Shown one piece after another: positions 12,854 through 23,770 of a stretch of DNA of 64,000 nt. The position numbers were made by a program, and so were the translations under genes. Each line of letters opens with the position of its first letter. Positions within the stretch are counted from its first letter, which is position 1. This DNA is from Lophium mytilinum. Lineage: Eukaryota. The DNA is taken from assembly GCA_010093605.1 (NCBI GenBank), contig MU004186.1:265765-329764 (forward strand), written 5' to 3'. The notes under the pieces were generated by a model. The model worked only from the letters and a program-made list of their open reading frames with translations, was not told where the DNA came from and searched no databases.

Positions 12854-13612
12854 ATGACTTGCGTTGACCGCAAGAGTTTTAGCAGCCCCTCCTTCGAGAG
12901 GTTTGCTCCCGACCCATCCTTTTCTCCTTACGTTGACCGCAATGGAGTCTCCGAATCCCCACATCCTGGTTTCCAGCGCGCACGACGCCCAGCTTTGATT
13001 CCACCGAACCCATCCTTGACTCTCGCTGAAGCGGAAGAACTGGTTGGCAACCGTATCAATCGGCCGCTTTTCCCTCCGCCAGACCCGAAAATCTTCAGTC
13101 AGCTCAGCTCTCGAAAGTTATCCAGCTCTAGCAACACTTTCCCGCAATCGCCATCTCCTCAATCAGCGCCTGGGTCGCAGACTCCAATTGAGCCGCCTTT
13201 TCCAAACAAGGAAGACGTACAAACGGCGGCCCGATGTCTCTTCCCTGCGCCATTGACCTCAGATAGTCGTCGACGAACCTCGTGGGTGAAAGCACGTGCC
13301 CACTACGCAAGAGACAGGAAAATCCAATTAGAACGGGCGCAGATGTCGGCGCAATCTTCAGAGTATGCCATGCCCAAACGCAAGCACAGCGCTTTCCTTC
13401 TGGATGAGGAGATGAAATGTCATCGAGAAGATGTCGTTGGTACACCGCATCTTAGCGAAATGGTCCCCGGAGATGATGCGACCGATGAGATTGGCGTGGA
13501 GGATCTGAGTATGGGTGATCCGGCGATGATGTACGTCCCTGAGGGAAAGGAGGCTGTATTGCACCCGCAAGGCCACTCGACGCAGTGGTTCAGGAGCTCT
13601 GAGAGAGCATGA
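12854..13612 (+). CDS. Hypothetical Pro/Ser-rich protein (252 aa)
   Basis: ATG-initiated open frame between SEC6 and CEG1; no recognised domain. Confidence 0.55.
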   Translation: MTCVDRKSFSSPSFERFAPDPSFSPYVDRNGVSESPHPGFQRARRPALIPPNPSLTLAEAEELVGNRINRPLFPPPDPKIFSQLSSRKLSSSSNTFPQSPSPQSAPGSQTPIEPPFPNKEDVQTAARCLFPAPLTSDSRRRTSWVKARAHYARDRKIQLERAQMSAQSSEYAMPKRKHSAFLLDEEMKCHREDVVGTPHLSEMVPGDDATDEIGVEDLSMGDPAMMYVPEGKEAVLHPQGHSTQWFRSSERA

Positions 13613-14199
13613 TAGTGGGGCCTGGGGACGGCGGAGGTGTAAACTTGTTTGTGAGCTTGGAAGACCTCCATGGCTATACTAGATAGAAATAAAAGCTCAA
13701 TCGGATATTCTAGAAGAAGTAATTGCAGGGTATCCTTCGCATTAAGTTTGAAGCTTCCAGCATCTGTCCTTTGGATGTGATCTCTATCGGGTCTGCCTTA
13801 AAATCAGTATCATCGTGGCTGAAGTATACGCTTGAAGAATTCCAGTATTATCTCAATCATTATCTTAATCTTGTATCAACGTCGAATCGACATTGCTGGG
13901 GTCTTGTGAGATGCCAGAGTCACGTGATAGCTTTCACTAGCGCCGACCCCCGATCTTTGTCCACCTCGCAAGGTGAATGCGTCAACTCGATACAAGCTCT
14001 AGGGCTCCTCGCCCCGATCACCCCTACTCACCGTACTCGACAACTTACACCGCTGACCAGATACCAGCTGACGCAATAATCTTAACAACGGACCGCGCTT
14101 CACGACCTCAGATAGCTCCTACGATTCTTTTAATACCTCCCGTGCTCACAACCTCCCACCATCCTCCCAACACACCAGCCTCGAATACCAACATTCGAG

Positions 14200-15504
14200 A
14201 TGCCACCCCACTCAGTTCCACCCGGTATCCCCGGCTCGAAGATGCCGGGTGAGGCTGAGCGACAACTTCGCCGTATGGTAGCCGAACTGCTCGAGCGCGA
14301 CACCGATCGGTTTCCCGGCGCACAACCAATAAGTTTCGCGCGAGAACATCTTCATGAGCTGCAGCGGTCCGAATATTTTATGTGTGAGAAGACGGACGGA
14401 ATACGCTGCTTGCTCTTCTTGACTTTCAGTAATAATGAGGACGGTTCCTTTAGGGCCGAGCACTTCTTCATCGACCGCAAGAACAACTTCTACCAGGTCC
14501 CGCCCGGGCTCCATTTCCCGCACAATAGCGAGCCACACAATGAAACCATCTTCACGTACGGCACGCTTCTTGACGGCGAGTTGGTGCACGACTTCGTCGC
14601 AAACGACCCGAGGCCGCGGCTCATGTTCTACATCTTCGACTGCCTTGCCGTCGATGGGGAGAATATAACCAAAAAGCCACTGGACAAGCGGCTGGGCAAG
14701 CTGCATGTCAACTTCTTCGAGCCGCTCAGCATATGGCGACAGCGGCACCCGGAAGCTCAGGGACGTGCGCCCTTCCACGTGAAGCTGAAGGCAGTCCACT
14801 CGCCTTACCATGTCAGCGACATGTTCAAACACATTCTCCCAACCCTACCACATGGCAATGATGGCTTAATCTTCACTTGCAAGAGCACGCCCTACAGATT
14901 TGGAACCGATGAACACATTCTGAAGTGGAAACCGCCGCAAGAGAATACAATCGACTTCAAACTCCGACTAGGAGAGTTTCCGACGTTCGATCCTCAGGAC
15001 GGAGAGGAAGGGGAGATCCCAGATTTCGATGCCATGCCCGATCGCTTCATGTTGTTGGTGCAGCATAGCAATAACCAGTACAAGCCGTTCCAGCACGATC
15101 TTTACATCGAAGAAGCGGAGTGGGAGATACTCAAAGCCTTGGAACAACCATTAGACGGACGTATAATCGAGTGCTACAGAGAGCCATCAGGACGGTGGCG
15201 GTACAAACGTGAAGAGGATGGAACACCACGCTGGCGTGATGACAAGAAGGACGCGAATCACATCAGCACCGTAAATAGCGTCCTCGAGTCCATCGAAGAT
15301 CCTGTTACCGAAGAAGACCTTATAGCTGCGGAGGGTAGAATCAAGGAGGCGGTCCACGCACTGCGTGCCAGGGATGCTGCAGCGGCGCAGGCTCGTCAAC
15401 GCCAGGAAGCAGAGAACATCCAGCGTAGGAGGAGAGATATGGAGGTGAGGGGGGATGCCGAGCAGGAGGCCAAGAAACGGAAATTGTCGAATGGGATTGA
15501 CTGA
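14200..15504 (+). CDS. CEG1: mRNA capping enzyme alpha subunit (guanylyltransferase)
   Basis: FPGAQPISF, catalytic motif I CEKTDGIR, GTLLDGELV, HGNDGLIFT, LKWKP, WRDDKKDANHIS. Confidence 0.96.
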   Translation: MPPHSVPPGIPGSKMPGEAERQLRRMVAELLERDTDRFPGAQPISFAREHLHELQRSEYFMCEKTDGIRCLLFLTFSNNEDGSFRAEHFFIDRKNNFYQVPPGLHFPHNSEPHNETIFTYGTLLDGELVHDFVANDPRPRLMFYIFDCLAVDGENITKKPLDKRLGKLHVNFFEPLSIWRQRHPEAQGRAPFHVKLKAVHSPYHVSDMFKHILPTLPHGNDGLIFTCKSTPYRFGTDEHILKWKPPQENTIDFKLRLGEFPTFDPQDGEEGEIPDFDAMPDRFMLLVQHSNNQYKPFQHDLYIEEAEWEILKALEQPLDGRIIECYREPSGRWRYKREEDGTPRWRDDKKDANHISTVNSVLESIEDPVTEEDLIAAEGRIKEAVHALRARDAAAAQARQRQEAENIQRRRRDMEVRGDAEQEAKKRKLSNGID

Positions 15505-16299
15505 GCTAACTTCAATATCTATGCAGAGAGGGCATAGACGACTGCACAAACGACGACGCGATTCGCTAGGCGATAGTACAGGGTGTGGCTCTTCATTGCC
15601 ACGAAGCGATAATGCAATGCCCTATCATGAAGGAGGGCAGGGAATACGGACGGATGGCGAAAACAGTCATTCTCATAGAACCGCTTGTGCTGATGAAAGC
15701 GCTTTTGCAAACCGTTGCGGAGGGGACCCAAGGCATCATTCAGCACTGCGTCGAACGGAGTTCGGCACCTCGTCACAGGTCTTTGCACAACTTTTCAGCA
15801 ACGCTTAGGGCGCTTTGAACGCCATTCAAGAAACGTCCAGTTATGAAAGAAGTTCTATTGCCGCAGAATCGCATTGGCACTTTGTGGTCTTGCTTGGCCG
15901 GGTACTTGCTTGGATGACTCCAAGAAGTAGCATTTCAATATTAATGGGCCAGAATTCCGTCGCATATCACACTAAAGCAAAGCTTCATTGGTACCTACAC
16001 AAGGGACTTCCCAATTGTGTACTTTATTGGTACGATATGAGACACATTATAGAATATCAGCTTCCAGCATTCATTCTTGCGAGTCGGTCATTTGATTTGG
16101 TTTGCAAACCGTCTACTTGAACGCCAGCACTTTTCTGTGTCCCCACACCCCTCCCCTATCAAACTACCAACCCTTTTCATTCTTCCACTCGTATCCTCAG
16201 ACTATCTACCATTTCACATCTCCTACACCGTCCGTACTTTTACCGATCACGTTCTCAATCCCCTGACCTACCCTCTCAGCACCTGCCCGTGCACTCTTT

Positions 16300-17520
16300 A
16301 GATCCCGAGCACCAGGCCCTCACCTCAGCCCTGCCAGTCTTCCCGTGACGAGTAGGGCACGTCCATCCTTACACAGGGCAATCAACTTTTTGTCTTGATC
16401 GGGAAGTCCCAATTGAGAGTCTCCAAAAAGGGGGGCGTACTAATGTCGAAAGTCCGTCGCAAAGTAAATGTAGTCAATAGGCGGCAGATGGGGAATCTAC
16501 GGGGAAGTGGTAACTAATGGACTACGCATCGAATGCTCAAGTTTCGTAACATCTCGACGAACCGCGAAATCAGCGATTAGAGCTGGAGTGAGAGCGCCTC
16601 CGGTTATCATCACGTTATTCGCCATTTTACTCTTGATTCTAGCCTGGATGGATGGATCTGGGAATTTCTGTTCTAGATTTGCATGCTGTGGCATGTACTT
16701 ACTATACTTTGTGTGCGAATTGATCGGGGAATGTGGGAGCATTGCCGAGCCCTACGGCTAAGACAATCGCTTGTGTTTAGTGAACGTCCTTGTCCATAAA
16801 CTTGGTAAGGATATATTCACCTTTTCCAGTCACATCCTCAACTTCCCGGAAACTAACATTCTTCACAGTTTCTTGACGAACAGCCCCCCTACGAAGACCA
16901 TTTCAGCCGATAACGTCAAGGAGTGAAGTAACGCTTCCGATCACGTTCGTCAATCACCACTCCAACCCTCGGCCTCGAAAAATTCGGCACATCGCTAGCA
17001 ACTACAGTCGTAGTTCACTCCGGCTTCCGACGCCTCATCCGCTTCCTTGCATTCCCATGCGCATGCGCCAGAAACCCGACTCGATTCCCGGATCAAATTA
17101 GGATTGCATTGAGCGATGCAGTTGCTGCATATCTGAAATTTTGCAGGTAGCGTACCAGCGCTTCGTCCACGCGGCGCCGGTGCTGTTGAGAACGAGGGAT
17201 GAGTAGCTACGCCCGACCGGTATTTGGGTGGATGTACGGCATTGGTTTCCTTGGATTTGTTGAGGATCTATTGATAGCGCTAGTGATCTTTGTCGGTGAA
17301 GATGGCGGAGAGGGTGTGTCAGTAGAGGCGACCGGCCATTACGAGCCTGCAGGGGCCGGCGCCGATTATTAGGACGGTGTGCATTGTCGAGGCCATGACA
17401 GCTGGCTTTGATGGGAAGTATGTACAGATGGGGGTTCTCTAAGGTTGGGGCAATAATTTGATTGCGAAGAGGGCTATCAAGGCACGGATATCAGGACGTA
17501 TACGCGTATGTGTATCATAT
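16300..17520 (+). other. Candidate spliced non-coding or micropeptide transcript
   Basis: Canonical intron at 16805-16868 (GTAAGG...ACTAAC...CACAG) preceded by a probable 24-nt exon. All frames across the junction stop within a few codons. Hairpin at 16328-16358. Boundaries are approximate. Confidence 0.35.
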
Positions 17521-18152
17521 CCGAAGACGTTTTTGTATTGTACTGTACTAACATTTTCATAGTTGATGGAGCTTCACATAGTGCGTGCATCCTTTGCAGG
17601 CGATCATCCATCTCAATTCAACGTCACCTCCGAACTACATTTGTCAATGTCGGATGCGGTCAAAAGAAACTGGGCTGAAAGTTTGAGAGAGTGCTTGAGA
17701 AACCACACGTCCCCACAGCTTTCATTCACTTGTCCAAAATCGCCATCTTACAGGGACTAAATGTTACATTCACTATATTTTCCTTCTGGCGCAGGTGAAA
17801 GTTCGCCGTTGGCTGTGAACAGAGAGCATTGTCGAAAGGAATGATGGCGAAAAAAAGGATACAATGCAGAGACACTGACGGCCAACACCTTCACAATACA
17901 TGCATCAGACAGACTTTTCGCCCAGAATGCAGAAACGTGTATACACAATACTCCGAAAACCACAGTATAAGGAGGCGGTTGTCCGCTCTTGGGCCATTTT
18001 TTCTCACATCAGTTCTGATCTGCAAATATCAGAAGCAGTTGTCCGTCTTTCAAGCTCTCAGAATTAGACCTCTGGACCTCTCAGTCAGCAAGAAACCCAC
18101 GCAAGTTCTCACAATACATTCGTCAAGTCAACCGTCCCGTCACACTCCAGAT

Positions 18153-19085
18153 ATGCCGCATTCGCAAGACACATACCATTCCTATCGCGGGGGACATTCC
18201 GTTCCCGGTGAGCAGATGCTAGAGACATACACTGCACCGCGCCATGAGCTTGGACCCCCTCAGCGTCGCATTCGAGCGGCTGGAGCTCCACGCGATCAGA
18301 TGCGAGAGGCTTCCACGATACCTATCCCTGGATCTCGACCTCAGCATCGCGTACATACAGCTGAAGTACCACGCAATCAGGTGCGAGTGGTGCCTACGAT
18401 ACCTCTCCATGAGCCTCAACCACAGCGTCGCGTTCAGCTAGCTGAAGCTCTACGCAGTCAGGTGCGAGAGGCCTCTATGTTACCTCTCTATGAACCTCAA
18501 CCACATCGTCGCGTACGACCAGCTGAAGCTCCACGTGATCAGATGCTAGAGACATACTCGATGCCTCGCAGTGAGCCCCAACCACAGCGCCGTGTACCGA
18601 TAGCTGAAGCTCCACGCAATCAGGGGCGAGATATCGAGTATGTCTCTCGCCCTGCCCTTGGACCCCTGCATGTACCTGAGGCTCCGGGCCGCCCAATCAC
18701 CGCTCCAGCTGCTCCAGTCGCTCTACCTCAGACGCAAGAGCAGATGTCCACTATTCAGGCCCGTCTACGAAAGCGGCTCCTCAAGGAACGAACTCCTCGG
18801 CATCTACGTCGATTCAATTCCGATAAAGGACCGCGAATTCATCCTCATGAGAATCCGAAACACGCGCGCTTCTGGTGTAGCGATGATGGTCTCGTGCAGA
18901 GCCATGTGCCAAACCCCGCCATTACGTTCGAAGGGTTCCTTAAGCCACATGAACACACTACCATGGATCAATGGGAATACCATCAGTCGAAGCGAGGCAA
19001 CGCGAAGCGATACTGGGACAAGTTCGTGCAAAAGGTAACCAAACCTTTCCGAAACACTCGTCAAGCCGATCCAGGCCAGGAATAG
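18153..19085 (+). CDS. Orphan Pro/Arg-rich protein with about 5.5 tandem 27-aa repeats
   Basis: ATG at 18153. Repeat consensus xQ(M/V)RExxxxPxxEPQPQRRVxxAEAPR is also visible as about 81-nt DNA repeats at 18210-18630. Confidence 0.65.
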   Translation: MPHSQDTYHSYRGGHSVPGEQMLETYTAPRHELGPPQRRIRAAGAPRDQMREASTIPIPGSRPQHRVHTAEVPRNQVRVVPTIPLHEPQPQRRVQLAEALRSQVREASMLPLYEPQPHRRVRPAEAPRDQMLETYSMPRSEPQPQRRVPIAEAPRNQGRDIEYVSRPALGPLHVPEAPGRPITAPAAPVALPQTQEQMSTIQARLRKRLLKERTPRHLRRFNSDKGPRIHPHENPKHARFWCSDDGLVQSHVPNPAITFEGFLKPHEHTTMDQWEYHQSKRGNAKRYWDKFVQKVTKPFRNTRQADPGQE

Positions 19086-19135
19086 AGTGATCGTGTAAGG
19101 CATCTGATCTTCCTCTGGCTGGGTTTCTGCTGACT

Positions 19136-19210
19136 TGGCACCAAAATCTTTGCGGACATAGCATCACAATCTTTGCAAACTGCGGACATGGCACCACAAT
19201 CTTTGCAAAC
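19136..19210. repeat. Imperfect tandem repeat, about 3 units of TGGCACCACAATCTTTGC(AAACTGC)GGACA
   Basis: Read directly from the sequence, downstream of the repeat-protein gene. Confidence 0.75.
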
Positions 19211-19761
19211 GCGTCGTTCGGTGGCTCTAAATGTTTCGAGCATTCGCTGTTAGTGTCTTCGAGTACGTTTCTTGTACTGTTACGTTCAGTTTTTTTCCCT
19301 TGGCCGTCAGAAAATCTGGCGGTTTTTTGGCTGTGCGTCTGCTAATTTGGCAAACAAATACTCTGCGAAGCGAACATTTTCGGCGCAATGCTCTGGATCG
19401 TTCTCTGTGAGTGATCTTTTTGTAAGATCCTCACTCTCTCTAGAATAAAACCTCTACCCCCCTTATATATGACTTCCGAACATCTTGCTGATGTATTTTC
19501 GAAACCATCGACGCAACTTGAAATCTTTGAAGAGATTTAGTTCAACGAATAGTCTACGCGGACCCAGGGGTCATGCAGAGCGAAGAGATGTCTTTTCAGG
19601 CTTGTTCTCGGCGCCTCTTTCTTCGTCCTATATAACGTGGTGAATGGATATAATATAGTGACAGAAACAATCTGACGAGAGAACCGGAGATGCGGGAAGT
19701 GAGCTCCCTGAAATGTTTTGGCTTTATAGATATGAAGGTTGGCAAAGTACATTTACATATC

Positions 19762-19846
19762 ACTAAATACGATAGTGCGCTCACATATTACTAATTACGA
19801 TAGTACGTTCACATATTACTAGTTACCATAGTGTCTTCACAATACT
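19762..19846. repeat. 28-bp tandem repeat x3 (ACTAATTACGATAGTACGTTCACATATT-like)
   Basis: Three imperfect copies just upstream of a CATATAAAG box near 19882. Confidence 0.75.
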
Positions 19847-20062
19847 GTATATTAATTATACACATTGCCACTCCATACGTACATATAAAGCTCCTTCGAC
19901 CCGAGGAGTCTCTCAATACCACTCAAAACCTGAAGAGTACCTCAGCTCACATCAAAACTGACACTCTCCAGCACCACTCGTTTCCCATACTCCCAACTCG
20001 GGATAGGCAAGCTTCAGGTGCTTAATCGACCATCACCCACTAGCGAAGGCTGTGTCGGAGTC

Positions 20063-20488
20063 ATGCTACCATTATACGAGGAGCAGCCACCCCTGGTCAC
20101 CGCTTACGCTTCCGTCCAGCTTCAGCACCCGCAGCCAGTAGATACGCGGGTCAAACGATGGCTCAATGAGCATTCGCTGCCAGATCTGTGGCTTTCTCAA
20201 ATGGAGGAGGTGCCACAGCCTTCAGGAGCTTCCCACATCATGTTCAAAGCCGCGGAGCCACAAGTCAAGCGCAAACTACTTAGACTCCCTAATCTGACAT
20301 CAACTGGCGACCCCTACAGTCAAGCCAACCTTCGCCTCCTCGAAGACTCGTGGCCTCAATCACTCCCAAAAGGTAATGAGGGGGCTGAGCGTCGACTGAC
20401 AGGTGCAACGCATCGCATTCGACAGAATGTAGCAAACACTGGTAGAAGCATCATGAAGTGTATTCGAAAATGGTTTGGTGGGAGGTAA
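20063..20488 (+). CDS. Orphan hypothetical protein (about 141 aa)
   Basis: First ATG in the ORF (MLPLYEEQPP...); TATA-like box upstream; ends in a basic amphipathic segment GRSIMKCIRKWFGGR. Confidence 0.45.
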   Translation: MLPLYEEQPPLVTAYASVQLQHPQPVDTRVKRWLNEHSLPDLWLSQMEEVPQPSGASHIMFKAAEPQVKRKLLRLPNLTSTGDPYSQANLRLLEDSWPQSLPKGNEGAERRLTGATHRIRQNVANTGRSIMKCIRKWFGGR

Positions 20489-21162
20489 GTCAAGAAAACT
20501 CACTTTTCCGAGCCGGTCTTAGCCTTCCAGAATGCTAGAGTATGAGCACTTATTTCCTTTGTCATAGCATCTTTGATAGTTCAACTCATTATTGTCGGTA
20601 ATTCTATCTTTGAACTCGAATCTCTCTTTTCCTCGCTTTGACGGTAGACGTTGCGCAAAAGTTCCGCAATGTATTCAAGATCTAAAGAATTCCATGTCCT
20701 TAACCAGCTAAACCTCATATCCGATTTCCTTGCAATTGACATCTCAGTAAACGTGATTGGTTCTGAAAACCTTGAGAGCAGCTAATCCCTTGACACTCGC
20801 ATAGCCTAAAACGAAGACCTCCCTAAGACACGAATGAGACTTATCTTGATTTGACAGAGGCTCGTCTGCTATAATTCCGACAAGGCAGGATCTTTTGGAA
20901 CGACATAAGCTATCGACTCCGGGGATCCAGGTAAGGGTAAGACGATGGTTCACGATACATCTATGGTAGAACCGCAAAGTCATGCAATCATCATTCACCG
21001 ATGCTTTTTCAGTAAATTCACTTCCAGCCCCTTAGGTCAACATACCCTGCTATGATCAAACCTTCACCGCGTAGCTTATAGGGATCACGTCAAGGCCCCG
21101 AAGCTGCTCGAAGGTGCTTCCAACCACAGAGCCATTTATGCCCACCCATACCTGCAGACAGA

Positions 21163-21741
21163 ATGGCTCTATCCCAAAACACCTCGCTCTCCTCCATCAA
21201 CATCCACCTCTTCAATGACTTCTCTAATCCACCATCCCTTGGACCACACCATTGCTCCACGACGACCCAAGAGACAGAGTCAGAGCCGAAGTTCAGAAGT
21301 TCGCCATCGCGCCATCCCCGACACGATTGTCGAACTCCCCTAGAAGTATTCAATGACCACTGGACTAAGACAGAACGCACCCAGAAGTGGGTCCAAGAGC
21401 AGCAGTCGATCTTCGGTCATGATAGACCCAAACCTGTCCGATTCTATCCTGATTCTGCTGACAAAATGCAAAACAACGATGATAGGGAGGACTTTGGGCT
21501 AAATGAAGTGCTACGGCGTCCTTCCCGCTCGTCGACTGCGGCTGCTACGGGCCCGTCTTTCGAGCAGCTTCCTGACACATCGAGAGCGTACTTTGGTCAT
21601 GATAGACCGAAGCCAGTGAGGCTTCATCAAGACGAACTTGTTCTGGCTGATAAAGAAACGTCCAGCAGACCTAGAGTGGACTTGGTGTGCGTTCAGGCTG
21701 GGAAGAGCATCAAGGCTGCGCTGAAGACGTGTTTCGTCTAA
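21163..21741 (+). CDS. Orphan hypothetical protein (192 aa) with a duplicated FGHDRPKPVR motif
   Basis: The internal repeat is identical at protein level with synonymous DNA differences (ttcggtcatgatagacccaaacctgtccga vs tttggtcatgatagaccgaagccagtgagg), which supports coding. Confidence 0.6.
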   Translation: MALSQNTSLSSINIHLFNDFSNPPSLGPHHCSTTTQETESEPKFRSSPSRHPRHDCRTPLEVFNDHWTKTERTQKWVQEQQSIFGHDRPKPVRFYPDSADKMQNNDDREDFGLNEVLRRPSRSSTAAATGPSFEQLPDTSRAYFGHDRPKPVRLHQDELVLADKETSSRPRVDLVCVQAGKSIKAALKTCFV

Positions 21742-22678
21742 GGGATAAGGGACACTCGGCAATCCTATCTTTCCATAAGATTCACTAAGTCGACGCCTTT
21801 TTCATGTTCAAGCTGAGCTTACGGAAGGAGAACAGCGCAGGGATTTGAGAGCGCTAGGCAAAATACTGTTAGCTATTCTTTTAACACATACTCATATCCC
21901 TAAAATGTTGACTATATGCAAAGTGATGTGTTGGAGAAGCTGTGGCGTTCGCAAGTGAATAGATTACAGAGACATCACGACAACAATGTAGGCTGAAGGC
22001 GCAGAAGCTGAAAGACTCCGTCGGCTCTCGGCACGGTGTATTTGCGTTCTCTTAAGTGGTTCTAATAGATTGACACGGCTAGCTAGATTGGGAGTGCTTC
22101 CTCGTTACACACCTGATGTCGCTGCATCTTGCAACTCTACATAAAGTCAAAACAGGCTCCGACAGGAACCTTTTCAAGCGAATCTGAAGTCAAGGGTCGT
22201 GCCCTGGCATTTTTCTAGAGAACCACGGACAGGCTGTGTTGCCTTACACATGATATACTAATCATGTGATCATCACGTGCATAGTCCCAAAGTTTCCTCG
22301 AACTCTTGTCTCAAGAAATGAAGTTTTATTAGCCTCCTAGTACCAAGTCAGAATGGCCTCCAGAGTCTTTTACCCTGACGGTAGATCACGGTCGTGCAGA
22401 GAAGCGCATAGTGTAAAGAGTATAACTTTGAGTTTTGTATTCATCAAACCCGAATACGAATTCATTCGCCACTACGCTCATAATGCTGTACAATGCTGAA
22501 CAAAACGACCGATCCCAATCCCATACTCCGCCAATACAAATGAGAAAATTCTGGAGTGCGAACATGTTAAGTAGTGGAAAGTGAAAATCCCCGTGCGTAA
22601 CTTGGCTCTGATTGGCGCAACTCTCCGTTGACGTCTCGCTTCGGGATGGAGGCTGAGCTGACCCACCACCTCCACCCT

Positions 22679-23770
22679 CTAGCGGACAGCTGCGAATCCC
22701 TTCTGAACACCAATACCAGACCAGACCGCGGATGCCGCCATCGGAGACGAAGCATTGCCTTGTGCGAGACCGGCGTCTAGCCCGATGCTACAGATGGTCG
22801 ACTGAATGTTCCTGGCCTGGCTGATGCCCCAGCTCTGGGCATTCGATGGGCTCCACGCACTCGTGTCCAGGCTCATCATGAACATGACGGCAAAGTATAG
22901 CAGGATCGAGCAGATGGTATAGAAGCTGATGCCCAGGAACATCGACAGGTGCTTGACCTTGGCAATGTAGCCCTTCTCGTTGAGCCGTGGGAACGGCCGG
23001 TTACCAGCGATGGAGATGTCCTTGCCGACGAACTTGCACAGCGGCGCCCAGCCCATCTTAGGGTGGAACTCGAGCAGCTTTTGTTTCGGTACAACCTCCC
23101 GCACCCAGTTGTTGTGGAAGTAGAAGAGCTCCTTGCATGGCTTGTCCGGGATGCCGAAGTTGCGGTTGTATTTCCGGGTCCAGTTTCTCAGCAGATCGCT
23201 GGACGAGGCAGCGCCAGGCATGAAGTACACGATCGCGCGATACAGGTTGCCTCGCACGTCTAGGCCCATGCCCTCGTAGGACTTGAGCCACACGTCGGGG
23301 TTCTCACGATATGAGAGAATGAACTATGATGAAAATGTCAGCCGCTTATTCAAGACTTCCGGCCCTTAGGATTAAGTTTCGACGCTAGTATGGAACAGAT
23401 CTGCAATGCTTTGCAGATCATGATGAAATCAAAAGAGCCTCACCTTTGCATCCGGGTACATCTCCACCAAGTCGTCGACGCATGCGCTGACCGGCATTTC
23501 GAGCGCCGCCTCGTATCCGTCGAATAGCTCCCGCAGCATCTTCTGGCGCTTCTCCTTATTCGGCTCTGCGAGAAGAGCAGCACTCTTAGCTATCCGCTCG
23601 AACTGAAACATCGGGTCCAAGAGGTGATGGCATGGTCCAATGCCTAGCTCTTGAAGAGCTGCTTTGATGCTCGTTGTGCAAGTACGTGGAAGACCGACTA
23701 CGAAAAGTTTCGGTTGCTTCTTGGAAGGAGCGGTAACAGGAACGCCGGCGTTCTGAATCTGTGAAGACAT
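22679..23770 (-). CDS. Sulfotransferase-like P-loop protein (Sulfotransfer_4-type) with a C-terminal TM segment; one intron at about 23325-23443
   Basis: VVGLPRTCTTSIKAALQELGIGPCHH, DLVEMYPDAK|FILSYRENPDVWLKS, HNNWVREVVPKQKLLEFHPKMGWAPLCKFVGK...PFPRLNE. Confidence 0.85.

Noticed and set aside
16443..16930. Rho-GTPase relic (MSKVRRKV..., DNVKE), or telomerase, RNase P/MRP or U3 RNA
   Set aside because: No G1-G5 motifs, no telomere template, and no convincing conserved boxes seen.
17829..18152. N-terminal 108-aa extension of the repeat protein shown in the ORF track
   Set aside because: It begins at a non-ATG codon and spans promoter/UTR-like sequence. ATG 18153 is more plausible.
19762..19846. 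CRISPR-like array
   Set aside because: The units are contiguous with no spacers and the context is eukaryotic; a simple tandem repeat.
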